In this document: piece by piece, positions 23,806 to 37,393 of the stretch
Layout of the letters: each line of letters opens with the position of its first letter
Numbering within the stretch: position 1 is the first letter of the stretch
Origin: Lepidodermella squamata
Lineage: Eukaryota > Animalia > Gastrotricha
Length of the DNA stretch: 64,000 nt
Reading direction: 5' to 3'
NCBI GenBank assembly: GCA_047495785.1
Contig: JBLDXI010000017.1
Coordinates: 2,728,001-2,792,000, forward strand
Notes under the pieces: model-generated
Databases searched by the model: none
What the model saw: only the letters and a program-made list of their open reading frames with translations
What the model was told of the DNA's origin: nothing
Translations under genes and position numbers: made by a program

Positions 23806-24520
23806 ATGCCTGTCGTCAGTTTTTATCGGCCGAACGGCTGGTGGTTAGCCAACGACTTTAACGCCTCAGAAACCAAGATTTTAAAAGTCAGTTTCACATC
23901 AATTCGAAGCCGCTCGGAGAATATATCAAACGCAGCTTATGAGAGGTACGAGAATTTGCTCGATCTGACGTATCATTCAATAAATTTGTCTTAGGCTCCA
24001 AGCTGAGCATCCCGAATCCTTCCAGCTTTTCATGAAAAAGAGTGCAACGCCGTCAAACAATATTAAGGGGGATTCATCTAACAGTCAAGGATGGGAAACC
24101 CGCGAACACGGTTTGCGAATTTTGTCGATAATAGAACGCAGCCTTAACCGCCTCGATCGGCATGAAGATTTTGCCAACTTGATAAGCGAAATGGCGGCAC
24201 GGCATTTGAGTTACGGCGCGACTCCGCTTCATATGCTAGCCCTGGCCGGCTGCTTTCGAACATCTTTGATAAACGAAGCTGAAACCTATCTTGTGATGAC
24301 GAATAATTCTGAGCTGAGTGAACTACTGGCAAAATCCGGCTTGGCTTTATCCGAAATTTGGACGAAATTCTTTAAAGCCTTCTCACTTGCAGTTGTCGCA
24401 GAAATGTTATCACTCGACAAATTTATCACGCCAATACCTAAAGAGGGTGAAAAAATACCTGAGGCACCAGTGAAAAAGCGCATCTGGAATTTACTTGTCA
24501 AACCGCTGAAAAAGCCATAA
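23806..24520 (+). CDS. Globin, 2 exons
   Basis: AAYER|LQAEHPESFQLF gives B10 Tyr, CD1 Phe and an intron at the conserved B12.2 position. REHGLRI gives E7 His, AARHLSYG gives F8 His, and WTKFF is the H helix. Confidence 0.85.
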
Positions 24521-24610
24521 ATAATTTTTCCGAATGCAATGAGGAATAAATAATTTAAATGTCATGCCGAGAATCGAAGTAAACAAAGATTTGAATTTAC
24601 ACTGAACCCT

Positions 24611-25449
24611 TCACATGTTGAAGTAGGTTTTTAGTCGAAGCCGGTCGAAAGTTCCGATGGATTTTTCGCAAATAGGGCAAACGTGTTCAACGTCATGACA
24701 GCTGTCGACTCTGGAAAATTAAAATGTTTACTACCATTTGTATTAAGGGGGTGGTTTGACCATACAGGCAGGGAATCCAGCTGCAAAGGCAACAGCAACT
24801 AAGGCAAAGCAAGCCAACGCTTATCCATAGACAGTTCCCGCGTTGTTGAGACGTAGCTGTAACGATTTCATGACCGCAGCTCGGACATGTGAATAACTTG
24901 AAATTGAAATTCAAGTAAATTTTGCTTCAATTTTGAGCTCTCTTACCGTGGATTGGGGTCCTAGGTTGATCCTAGGAGCTTTTCTGACTCCTTTATAGAG
25001 GCCTATAACAGCAATAAAAACATTCCATTCGATTTGATTAATTGACTGAATCCTAATCGAAGTAAACTAAGGAGCGAAGACCCTTTTTCGATAATTTTTT
25101 CTTCGGAAATTAATTAATTACGAAGGATAATTTGATCACCTGAATTTGAAGTTGGAACCTGTTGAGCCGATACGACCTTTTCCTGCCGAGCAGCGTCAAC
25201 GTGGTAGGTATTGCCGTTAGAGGTTTTCGCTGTTGAAGTTATAACCGAATATTCAGCGGCGGTAGCTAACGCCGATGATTCCGGTTGAACCTGGATGACG
25301 GAAAAGTTCGAACCCCCGGGCGAATAACAATAAGTTTTCCCCTGAAATTCGAAGTACTGCTCGTCGATCGGCTGAAGCTGCGGTTGCTGCGGTTGCTGCT
25401 GATATTGTTGTTGTCGCTGAAGGTAATGATAATGTTGTTGTTGGCTCAT
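24611..25449 (-). CDS. LITAF-domain protein 5 (Q-rich N-terminus, no PPxY), 4 exons
   Basis: ...LGPQST|LFTCPSC...CCCLCSWIPCL|VDSCHDVEHVCPIC...FNM*. Confidence 0.9.
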
Positions 25450-26392
25450 CGCTGAAATAAAAGCCCTAGTTACACATTATTTTTACAGCTAAAAATGCCG
25501 AAAAATTGTATCGCTATGGTAGAGTTAGATGAATTAATTTGAGATAACGTATAGTTTGAATCTATTCGACCTGACAAACACTTGAAAATATGCTGAAAAA
25601 CATGTAAAGCTCCCAAGAGGGGTTTGTTTTTCACCCGCATAAGTAATGATGGAAAATGAGATAACAGGTTCAACATCATAAAACCGAAAAAAAGCAGCTC
25701 ATAAATGTACGCGAAAAGAAAAAGTCAATTTGGCTCTAAAACACAGGTTTGGCCAGCAGCAGAGAGTTGGCCAGCAGACGGCGACAAGCTACTCAGGAGT
25801 GTTAGAATCGCAGGAATAACATCGTTATTATTGTTTAGAAAGTAAAACGCTTAGATTTGCGTTTTTACGGCCCCGCTAAAACGAGACGGCGAATTATACT
25901 TGCCTACTACTATAAGTATGCTGCGCGCAGAAATGGTACAGCGCGCGCGAGTTTAATGTGTCGCGCGTTTAGTGCCAAGAAGTGCTGCAACGACCTCCAG
26001 GGCATGTAGATACAATCTAGATACCCGCGCGTTGTTTTGTTTTATTTAACCTGTAACAAAAACAGGGCACCGCTTTTTCATCTCTCTGGCGATAAATAAT
26101 AATAAGCACGAGAGAGTAATTTGCCAAGTCACGGATCATTTATGGAGCTTAACGTCCACTCAAATACTGAAACGCTAACTAAAAAATAAAGAAATGACGC
26201 TAGGTATTTTCGTTGCAAGATTTTATTTTTTACAATGCATTGGCACATTATCAAAGCAGACAGTATATTGCAAATCTAAAAGCGAGCTTTGTTAACTTAG
26301 ATTCCAGCCCATGCCAAGAATAGCTTGATTTTTAGTTTTCGATGAAACTTTGATATAATTAGAGTCATATAAAGCAGTCGGTCATCAGGAAT

Positions 26393-27102
26393 TTACAGTC
26401 GAGTTTTCTTGCCAATTACGTGTCTGCAGGTTGGGCAACTGTGGCAAAAAAATTAAAATTAAATTTTTTTTCTTAAAATTCAATAGTTTTACCTGTGGAC
26501 AACATCTCTCGTTGAATTTACGCTAAAAAAATCAGTAGAATTTTTAGCACATTTTAAGAGAGGTTGCTGAAATTTTCTTACCAGCACGGGATCCAAGCGC
26601 ACAAAAGAAGGCCGAATAAAGTCATTAGCGCGCAGATCAGCCAAGCCAACCCGCCGACTTCATAGCTGATATTTGTGATCACATTTTCTATATAATTCGA
26701 AAATTTTAAAATTGTGAAAAAACTGGAATCAGGCTTGAATACGTTTGCAGTGCGGGCACTGGATATTCAAAGGAACTAAAAAAGGATTCAAAAGTGATAT
26801 TGGTTTAGGATGATAATTTCAATCGAACCTTCGCCGAACTGCACAGGTGTGATTATTACGGTTGTTTGTTCTGTCGAAAGATACACATCGTGTTCGATAG
26901 AAATTATTCAACTGATTAATGTCTTACGAGGCTGCTGAATGATGACCTGCTGGGGTGGTTGAACCGGGTATTGAGGAGCTGGTTGGTACGCTGGGTAGGC
27001 TTGCTGCTCCGGCGCCATGGGATAAACTGGTTTTGACGATTCGACATAAGCTGGCGGAGGTTGGGCATAATACGCCGGATTGACGGCTGGTTGTTGAGCC
27101 AT
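26393..27102 (-). CDS. LITAF-domain protein 6, 6 small exons
   Basis: QPPPAY...|...QFGE|VPLNIQCPHC|...GGLAWLIC...WIPC|CVNSTRDVVH|SCPTCRHVIGK. Confidence 0.9.
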
Positions 27103-27852
27103 TTCTCAGAAAATAAACTAAAAGGCGGAAAAATCAAAGGAAAATATCCTTATAAAACTGTTTCAATAAATCATCAACAAAGTCCAGTTATTCATCGCTG
27201 AAATTTCTTGAAACGAGTATATGTATCACTGCATGGAATGCATGAAGGAAACTACGCTACATGTTCATTATAATCATGTGAGCACTCTCTACCACTGTTA
27301 TACCTTCTTTCATACTTTTTTCTTAGCATCAAGGCCGTGTGTAGCACCACGTATAAGGTAAGCGCAGGCTGAATCAGCATATCTATGCTTGGTCGGCGGC
27401 CGTGCAAGCATAATATATCATCAAGCATATACTGCTCACATATACGTCTTACATGAATTGTTATGCCCGGCACAATTTTTTTCCTAATACATCGGGGGCA
27501 CAAGGCGAAAAAAACGGTATCGGGCAAATGTAATAATAGAAGAAAGCTGCGAGACGCGCACATTCTCCCGCCAATTTTGGAACTGCGAAATACACGCGCT
27601 GCCGGTTGTAGTTTGCGGCGCGCCAAGTGCGGCAATATTTCATACGAAAATTGCCCCGTGAGACATTTCTGCCACTGTCTGTCTTTTTTAGCCAATATAT
27701 TGCTTCATTCATTGGGTCTGTTTTTCGTCGGAAAAATTTAACCGAATCTCAGATGTAACTCAGGAATTTTATTTCAGGTAAATTCAAGCATTAATTAGCA
27801 GTAAATATACTGAGATTTATTGGAAAACGAAGTCAGAAAATAATTATTATCG

Positions 27853-28474
27853 TTAAATTCGCTTATGAAGTCCTAGTAAACGTTTGCAATTCGGGCACTT
27901 GTGAGCGACGTCTTTGGCTCCCTTCACGCTGAAAAACAACGGAAATTCGTGTCAGTCTCGGGTTATTTGGTAACATATTCTTACCAGCAGGGTATCCAGC
28001 TGAACAGGATGCAGCCGAATATAACAAGTAACGCGAAAATCAGCCAAGTCAGACCGCCAATTCGGTAATCGATGCTTGTAGTAATTTGGGCGTAGCAAAA
28101 TGGACAGGTCATCAACTGAGGATCTGAAATAGAACAGCATCAAATTTTTAATTTCGGAAAACGGCACCCGAAGTAATTACGAGGTCCAAACTGAGGTGAA
28201 GTCACAACGACCGCATTAACTGTCTGAGCTGAAACAACGATAAAACAATGATAGTGATTTTTCAGTTATATTTTGAATTACGTTGGGATTGAAGTACGAC
28301 TATTTGCGCAGATTCGACTGGTCTCTGAGCTGGTTGGTACGACTGAACAGTAGGTTGGCCGCCCTGGTACGGTCCGTATGGGGGTGGTGGGGGTGCCCCA
28401 GGCGCCGATGGGTAAATCGGCTTTTGTTCACCCGATTGGTTGTAGTAGCTGACGTTGGCGGCGGGTTGCTGCAT
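27853..28474 (-). CDS. LITAF-domain protein 7 (PSAP and PPPY), 4 exons
   Basis: YPSAPGAPPPPPY...QFGP|HPQLMTCPFC...WIPC|CVKGAKDVAHKCPNC. Confidence 0.93.
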
Positions 28475-28777
28475 TTTCTACTCGATTATACGAAAAGTGA
28501 GCCCTTTCAGGCCGATGAGACCCACCCAAGAATTGCGGTTGCCAACGGCATACATTCCGCGGCGATGATTGGGTGAAAGGAGCGTCTTCAAAAGAACTGT
28601 AAAAAATCGGATCGTTTTGAATTTGTTTGAATGACATCGGCAACTTGAATAGGTTACGCCCTACTTTCAAATGAATCAGACCAATGACCAAATCACGTTT
28701 TTTACTGAGCATTTTTCTCCATCAAAAACAACAATAAATATTGGAATAAATTATTATTACTATTTATAGGCAATGAA

Positions 28778-30054
28778 TCAGTGATGGCGAAGGTAATAAG
28801 TTGGATTTTTGTTGAAAAGATGCGCATTCAACATTTTCGCACTGTATTTGATGATCGAGAAAGCGATTTGTGAGATGAGCATCTCAGGCTGTGGCAAGCG
28901 GTGGCGAACAACGAAGCGGACAAACGTGTCCGGAATAGCGCCCTGCGCACCAAAAAACAGGCCCTGAACTTCGATATCTTGCAAGTTGAAGCCGCGAAAT
29001 TTGTTGAGCAGATGAGGCACGCACGGCTCGTAGATTCGCTTTTTCTCCGCGTCAACGTGACCAGCTTGAAGCCGCAGTAAAACCGGACTTGAAGCACTAG
29101 CTTCGAAACGGATGGTAGGGTCCAGAAGAAGACCGGTCTTGGTTTTCGTATCAATTATTAATATATCAAGCCGGCGGTTCGCTCCGTCGACAGCACGAGT
29201 ATTCAACTCCTCGTATACTGAAAAAATAATGGGTAAAAATTTGGGACATATAGAGGCGTTTATATACCTTTAAATCCACCTTTGCGACGAAAGGCATCTG
29301 CGATAAGGGATCTAACCCGATGATGTCTGTTGTTACGCAGAACAGCTCCGTACGGGCAAGATCCTAGAATATGGCTCAACGTCTCGCTTTCGCAGTGACA
29401 GTGGCGACATTTTCGAATAGGTTCTACGTCATCTTCGCGATATTCCTGTCGATGTAAATCACTGCCGGAACCAGCTAATGAGCCATCATCAACTGGTTTC
29501 AATTCGCTAGTTAGGCCTATGATGGACATCGTGCTGACAGACGCGACATTTGCCAACATTTCACGCGCCATTGACCACTCAAATAATGAAAGCCCTTGCA
29601 ATGGAGATTCGCGCTTCGATTCCGAATGCGACATTTTCGCATTTTGATCGTAAAATACGTAGTCGTAATCGTGGCCTTGAAACTGCGGCTTCATATTGAT
29701 GATTCGCCGGTGTTGTTCCTTATTTTTCAAACTTTGCCGGTAAATTCCGCAACGTTGATCGCCACACCACCAGTAATAAGGTGGATCGCGGCGTTTCGGG
29801 TAAAAATATTGACTCGGCTGACGTGGTTGTTTTTGATTGCTCGCATGCCAAGTAAATTTTGTATTATTCTTGCGTTGCTCGCCTAAATTCGGCAAGCCAA
29901 CGTCGATTCGCAACCGGTAAGGTGGAGATTGGGAACGCTTGTTCCTTTTGTCGACTCTTTTTGAGTTCCAACTCAGCGAGGAAGAGGTAGAAATGAAAGA
30001 CCTGAGTTCTAAATTCAATAAATTATTGCCTACACCGGCTAGTTTGAAAGCCAT
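28778..30054 (-). CDS. Intron-containing gene encoding a CCHC zinc knuckle plus restriction-like (PD-(D/E)xK) endonuclease derived from an RLE non-LTR retrotransposon; no RT
   Basis: GLSLFEW...MLANVASV, CRHC-X8-H-X4-C, RHH, FK|VYEE, RRLDILI, LLDPTIRFE, EKKRIY, GLFFGAQG. A 50-nt GT-AG intron (29267-29218) restores the frame. Confidence 0.85.
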
Positions 30055-30810
30055 TGAGGATCCTATATAACTGAAAAACGATACAAAATTATAACCAGGC
30101 AAATATTAAGGAGGATTGGTTAAAAGCAGTCAAATTTTGAATTAAAACTAGTGAAAAATCGGTGCATATTACGAGGTAAAATTCGCATTATAGCTCGTAG
30201 CTCGTACTGACCAATGCTTTGGCTACACAATGAAAACAGAAGGATGCTTGCAGCTGTAATACAATGCATGTTCAGCCAATACTACGTGGTATTTCTATAT
30301 GAGAATTTGGCTGCATTGCGCTATAGTATTCGCCTAATACATTTTGGCCGTGGCCAAGATGTATTATAACACTGCGGCGGAGTAGAATCGTTATTATTAA
30401 GGGTATTTAAATATTACATCATAAGATACTCGAATGGAGCGGCGCTAGTCCAGGTGTTTGACCGGCCGGCTCAGCGTGATGTGCGAAAGCGCGCGCATTA
30501 TTAACACGCAAAGCTATAGCTGGACCACAATAGCCACAATCGCGCACATTCGGCATATGGAGTGTATAATATACTTATAGAAAATATTATTTATAATATG
30601 GAAAAGGCACTCCCACCCCAGTGCTTCGAAATCATGTTGACACGCCGATGACAGCTGAGATGTTCCCTATATTCCCATAAACGCAACCGAAATGAGCGAA
30701 AAATTATTTTTATTTTTAATGGCACAATCAAACAATTCTGAACACACCGATGAGCGAAGAACAGAATGCAACAAAATCACTATAAGCGTCATCAAGTTAT
30801 TTCTCGATTT

Positions 30811-31576
30811 TCATCCCCACTTGCCATTGGCATAGATCACAAATAGAACCAGCAAACCGAAGAAAATAAGACTAACAATAACTGCCGTGATGAGGTAGTA
30901 GCACTGGCGGGCTTTAATCAATTTACGGCGGTCTTCAATAGCCACGTTTTTGATCGCCATCGAGCTGATGTGCATCGAACCGTCCTTGCGCAGAACCATC
31001 ACGTCCGGGCCGCGCAGGCCTTGCTTTGTTGGCGAGTTGTTGTCAACAAGAGGAGCAGTCATCGAATAGTCGCCGATAGCGCTGATGTCGCTTAATCGCG
31101 AAACATCGGCAGGGTGAGTAGACGGGTGCGAATAAACGCCGCCGTTGTTCTGATGTTGGCGCTGATGAGCAGAGTCCATTCGTTTCAGACTCGAAGATGC
31201 GTAAATCGTCGGGTAAAGCTGCTGCATCAGTATCGCATTGTCTGTAAAAAAATATTTAAAAAAATGTCAAACAACAAATTTATGGACCTCTAATCTGTTT
31301 CCGCGGCATCGTATGGAATTTCCTGTCCGTATCGGGTGTCTCCATCCCTGGCGGGGGCGGGGCATGGGGTGGGAAGCCTTCGGTGACGATCGGCTGGCGA
31401 CGGCTAGTTCGAGGCAGGGTTCGGAATGTCGAATTGAAGCTATCCATCAGCGTCATGGCTGTTTCATTAGCGCTCGTATCAGAGGACATGTGCTGCTGGT
31501 ACTGCGACCAGACACGGCCACCAGACACCGGTGTTGAGGTATTCGGATAAATAACAACATAATACGGATCAGCCAT
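30811..31576 (-). CDS. Orphan tail-anchored membrane protein, 2 exons
   Basis: A low-complexity N-terminus joins through a short intron (~31286-31243) to an ORF ending RRKLIKARQCYYLITAVIVSLIFFGLLVLFVIYANGKWG*. Confidence 0.65.
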
Positions 31577-31962
31577 TTCGTTAAAGCTTCTTCCCGCAGC
31601 TAAACTGAATTTTATTAGGGTAGAAAGCAAAATAAAAAGGAGGATAAACAGGTAATTTAGTGCACGTGGTTTGGTAATAGTGAGCGTACCTACACTTGCT
31701 ATAATAAATTGTAGGCCGACCTATAAGTCAGTAATAATTCTGCAATAAAATCGCTTATGATGCCGCCATTAAGAAAAGTGGCTTAAGGCTTGTTGAACGG
31801 CCTCAAGCAAACGCTACCATGTGCCGAGAAAAAAATTCCCCACACGCGTTTCAATCAGCGACGAAGATGAGTGAAAAAAAATTACGCTTGATTAATATCA
31901 ATCGAATAGAATTTTTATTATTTTTTTCTGTTGCATTCTATTAAGCTGATTTCCTTCTGAAG

Positions 31963-32444
31963 TTAAATTTCTCCAGCTAATGATTCTTTCGACGAAGCTT
32001 TTCCAAATCGCGGCCCGCACGTTTTCGTCAAATCGATAACTTTGTAACGTCCCATACAAACGCCACTAAAATTAAAGAAAAATTGTAAAAAGTTGAATAA
32101 TTATTGATTCGCTCTTACCAGTTAGGGCATCGGTGGTATGTATCAGTAAGGTGAGTGAAGTTACAGAAAGGCAACCACAGTAGAGGCCAACAGCCGCATG
32201 TGAAGAGGCCCATGAAGGTGAGAAACGAAGCGAACCCGGGTTCATGATCAAGCGTTGTCATTGACGCGACTCGTTTACAGTTCTGACAAACGATATCAAC
32301 GGCTGGTTCGCGGCCGAAAGTGACGCCTGGCGGAACTTCAGTCTGCACATCGCCAGGATCTGCAGCCGGTTCGGCGGCGGGCTGTTCAGTTGTAGGATTG
32401 CCAACGTCAGGCTGCGCCTGCTCTTGCGCGGGATCCTCTCCCAT
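31963..32444 (-). CDS. LITAF-domain protein 8 (divergent, acidic N-terminus, no PPxY)
   Basis: FGREPAVDIVCQNC...GCWPLLWLPFC...DTYHRCPN|CGVCMGRY, with a C-terminal extension. Confidence 0.9.
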
Positions 32445-33984
32445 GAGTTATTGCATGGTTATAAATAATGATGAATAAAATAATTATTTTAATTAAATCT
32501 AATGCCGGGACAAAAATTCAGGTGAGTGTTTGTTGAAATTTTATAGAAATTACAAGCTCTTAGCGGATGACTATTGCTTACATAAAATAAAAACCGCCGC
32601 GGCGTCGCAATAAAAATTACGAAAGAAGCCAGGTAGCAGAGATAAAGCAAGATTTTAATGTTAATATCACTGTTGAGAGTGTAATGGTTCTGGGAAAGGA
32701 ACACAAAACAGAAGCCGCCATTGAAATCTTGGCTACCGCTAAGGGAAAATTGTCGCTGTATTGTTGCTCTCTGCCTCGAAAAAGCAAACAGCTACATCAT
32801 TGTGTTGTCTTGTGTTTAAAAATTTTCCTACTCTCGAGAAATAATTTCTTTGTTACATGGCGTTTGGTAATGAAGTTGTAAGCAGACCATCTACAACAAC
32901 AGGTAGGTTTATTCGCAAGTTACCTCAATAAGATGGCGATAACGCGCGGATATAGCACACGGCGGCAGGTCGCGCCTTAACACGGCGGCGCTTTCTTGTT
33001 TTCTTGTAATGGACTAGAAGCGTCAAATACACTAAGTAATGATGTGATGCCAAAAGTCGCGCGCAAAACAGGCCCGTCTACAGGTAGGTAGAGGTATATA
33101 AGCCTAAGTAATAGTAATAATAGCCTATTTCTAGGCATATACCTACATTGAGCGCCGCATGTGCTGCTATGTGGAAAATATTTTTCCATATTTTCCAGCA
33201 TATTGCACTATTCTGCGGCTTTCGCATCATCAACGCCGTCAACAATATTTTCGCATCGTTCCTGTCACTCATCTATTCGTTCGTTTGTTTTTGCCGTACT
33301 GGCAATACGCGCGCCGGCCGGTGATATTTGAGGAGAAAGTGACGGCGATACAAAGGTGCGTGGAATGTATGCCATTTTACTGAGCGCGTCACCCGCGCGA
33401 TGAGAAAAAGAACGCGCGCGCCCGCGCTCATCGTCTTTTCGCCCTTAAAGAGCTTGTAAATACGGCGATTATACCAAGGACGACACTATTGACGGAATTT
33501 TTGTGAGATAGCATTACAAAGACTTGGCAGATGATGCCATGAACCAATGACTGCTGTCAGAGGCGACTGCGGATGATGAGTGGCGAATCTGGTGATATTA
33601 TAAGCCTATCAGCAGGAATTATCATAGATCCACATCAGTTAAGGCAGGCTTCGAGGCACCTTTTTTCCGCTAAGTGGGACTTGCGAGGGAGGAATGATAA
33701 AACTATATTTTTCTATAGCATAGGTGTACTTTATAGCAATATGGATGCATTGAGTTGTTTACGCTACCTGCGCTCCTAAAATAAAATAGACAGGAGGCAA
33801 TAAACAAGCTGCGATGACTCGACTAATTTCCACTATAATAATAACAGCTCGGGGCCACACCTAATAGGACATGTGTTGAAAAATTCAATAAGTAGTAATT
33901 AATTAACATCCCCGCTGGAAACTCGCAGGAAATCGATAAAATTCATTTATTTATTCGATCAGCTTTTATATTGAATAATCATTA

Positions 33985-34605
<621 letters not shown>

Positions 34606-35404
34606 CTTTCTTGCGCTCTCGCATACATGCCGACTTTGATTCGCATCATTTGATTCGCCCTCAAATAACGCGCAAATCGAATGTAAACACATATCGAAAG
34701 TGGGCCGACTAATTGCACCGATATTAGGGTACAAGGCCATGTATATCTTCCACATATGTCGCCAGGAAACAAATTTCCGTCTTCACATCCTTTTTTCTTT
34801 CATGCCCTGAGCGTAAAAAAACGGATGATTTATATTACGTTTCATGAATCGAAAGGGATAATCATCGTCGCCTGAAAGATACAGCGAAGCCCTTTTGGAA
34901 CTTACGGCATGTATCCCATTGGAAGATGTAAAAAATAGCAAAACTGTTGACCTGAAGTGCAATATATAGGCGAATTATGGATAATTACGCACACGTGCGC
35001 CCAAGGTGTGTAAAAAGTATAACTATACCTGTATATATATAATATATTATAGTAAAAAAATTAGTGGTTCGCGTTGATACGCGGCATAATGCGCTGATGG
35101 CTATGCAGCGTTTTACAACTGCTGGTGTATGTACACCAGCCAGCTGTTTGTAATAACTCCACGAAGAAAAAAGAACTGACACGATACGCTAATATATAGA
35201 TGCCGGAGCTTTTTACACGCCATCATCTTTATATATAGGTACTAGACACTCAGCTTGTTATTCATGCTAAGATATTTCAAGCTGAAATGCATTGCAGTAA
35301 GCACATTATGAAAAGACATATCCGAGACATTGCATTTCTACTCTCTCGGCTTATTCATAGTAGTGGTACTTCTCTTGAACATAATTCTCGAGTTCAAGAG
35401 AATA

Positions 35405-35410
35405 TTATTT

Positions 35411-35442
<32 letters not shown>

Positions 35443-35443
35443 T
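35405..35443. repeat. (ATTT)n microsatellite
   Basis: Visible tandem ATTT run. Confidence 0.85.
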
Positions 35444-35564
35444 TGATATTCCATAGGTAGCAGCTGGAAGATTCGATTCGCCCATATCTTATTTGGAATT
35501 CCTCCTTAATAATTTTTAGCATATTATCTAGCCTTTATTTTGTTTAGTTTAGTTAATTTTCACA

Positions 35565-36147
35565 ATGTCAGCGACCGAACCTCCTCCTTATCCGACCGAA
35601 GATCGTAAGGATCCAATCTACCCCCCACCGCCTCCGGACCCTCAGCCTCAACCAGCGTATTACCCACAACCACAGCCACCGCCACAGCAACAGCCTCAGC
35701 CGGTTGTAATCACCCAACAGCCGCAAACCATCGTAGTAGTCGCGCCTATTGACTTCTCCGCCGCCCCTACATCTTGCAAATGCCCCTACTGCCAGGCCGA
35801 TATTGTCACATCGGTAGAGTACAAAAATGGCATGCTTGTTTGGATAGTTGCTGGTGTCATCTGCCTATTCGGTTGCTGGTAGGATGAACAATTAAAAGTC
35901 AATAATATTTAATTCTTTTCAACTGTCTTAGGCTGGGTTGCTGCTTGATTCCCCTGTGTATTAACGATTTGAAGGGTAATATTAAAAAAATCGCTTGAAT
36001 TGCGCAACGTATGTTCTCTTTTCCAGACGTGAATCATCATTGTCCCAACTGCAGGAAAGTGGTGAGTATTTCCTTATTACAGCCTATATAATGGCAATAT
36101 AAAATTCACATTTTTTTCAGGTCGGCGTGTATCATCGAATGAAATGA
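35565..36147 (+). CDS. LITAF-domain protein 10, 4 exons
   Basis: EPPPY...CKCPYC...FGCW|LGCCLIPLCINDLK|DVNHHCPNCRKV|VGVYHRMK*. Confidence 0.96.
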
Positions 36148-36568
36148 GTTCGAAATTTGGCAACAAAAAACTGATACCTATATGAGCTTTATTGGCGCTA
36201 TTTTTAGGATGATTAATGATGTGCAATAAGTGTACTTGTAATTGTATGCTGAATGCTGACGTAACACTGCTTTTTTCAAATATGATGATTCAGAGCTTGA
36301 ATCATTGGCCAAATATACAACCCCCTCGGGGTCACTGAAATCTCATACTGCTTTTACAAACCACGAATATTACTATAGTATTTAGAGAGGTCTAAGGTCT
36401 GAGCTATAATATCGAACAATTTCTTATCTTATCAACTGTGGCAAACGTATCAGTTTAATTGTGAATGTGTTTGATAAAGCTATATATAAATGTTGCGAAG
36501 TATTGACAATATCACTGGTTTCATACATATTCCTTGTTATATTTAGTTGCAAATTTAATTGATTCAAC

Positions 36569-37157
36569 ATGTCTGCCCCACCACCGTACCCTGAAGATCC
36601 GTCGAAGCAAATGCCGCCCAACTACGGCGGGGCTCAACCGCAATACGGCGCGCCAACTATGCCGGTCAGCTATGGCGCTAACCAGCAGGGCCCTACTGTG
36701 ATCGTCGGACAACCTGGCGTTCAGCCTTCGGTTATTGTCATGCAGGCACCGATGCGTTTTACTTCGGCGCCGGCACAAGTCGTATGCCAGCATTGCAACA
36801 ATCAAGTTGTCACTCATGTTCATTTGGACAACGGATCGATGACTTTTCTAGTGATGGGAGGCCTTTGCTTGGTTGGGTGCTGGTAAGTATTTTAAGCTCA
36901 CTTGGAAGATTTTTCTAATTCAACTATCGCGTCAGGCTTGGTTGCTGTCTCATTCCTCTGTGCATCGATGACCTTAAGGGTGAGCTTTTATCATTATTTT
37001 CAAGTACCGAAATTTTTCATACCTGATTTTCCAACTCCCTTAGATGCCAAACACACATGCCCGAACTGCCACAACTTGGTAAGAATATTTTTCACTGAGA
37101 AAAATCTTATAAATTCAATGCGTGATTTTTTAGATTGGCGTTTACCACCGACTTTGA
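36569..37157 (+). CDS. LITAF-domain protein 11, 4 exons
   Basis: MSAPPPY...VCQHC...VGCW|LGCCLIPLCIDDLK|DAKHTCPNCHNL|IGVYHRL*. Confidence 0.96.
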
Positions 37158-37393
37158 AAAAGCTAAAAGCTATAAGGAAGGCTGAAGTTATCCGGTCCCG
37201 CGCGTACACGCACTTCCTATTGTGAGAAAACTCTTTGCTTCTGTTGAGTTTATTATATATAAGCTTTCGATTTCATTTTGAGCGAAACAATCATTTTTGA
37301 ATTCACCAGTCACTATATAGCAACAATGTCGTTCTCCGAAAAATTAAATTCCGCATCATTTAGCAGTTTTATTTGATGGTCTTGTCAGCGTTT

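Noticed and set aside
27252-27741. Overlapping ORFs of 83-147 aa, and similar ones at 32977-33383
   Set aside because: No domain similarity or splice support; composition resembles other upstream non-coding regions.
28778-30102. RLE region as an ordinary 5'-truncated retrotransposon copy
   Set aside because: Not favoured: frame-restoring spliceosomal intron, long non-RT open N-terminus, and no poly-A tail or TSD seen. Not fully excluded without a copy-number search.
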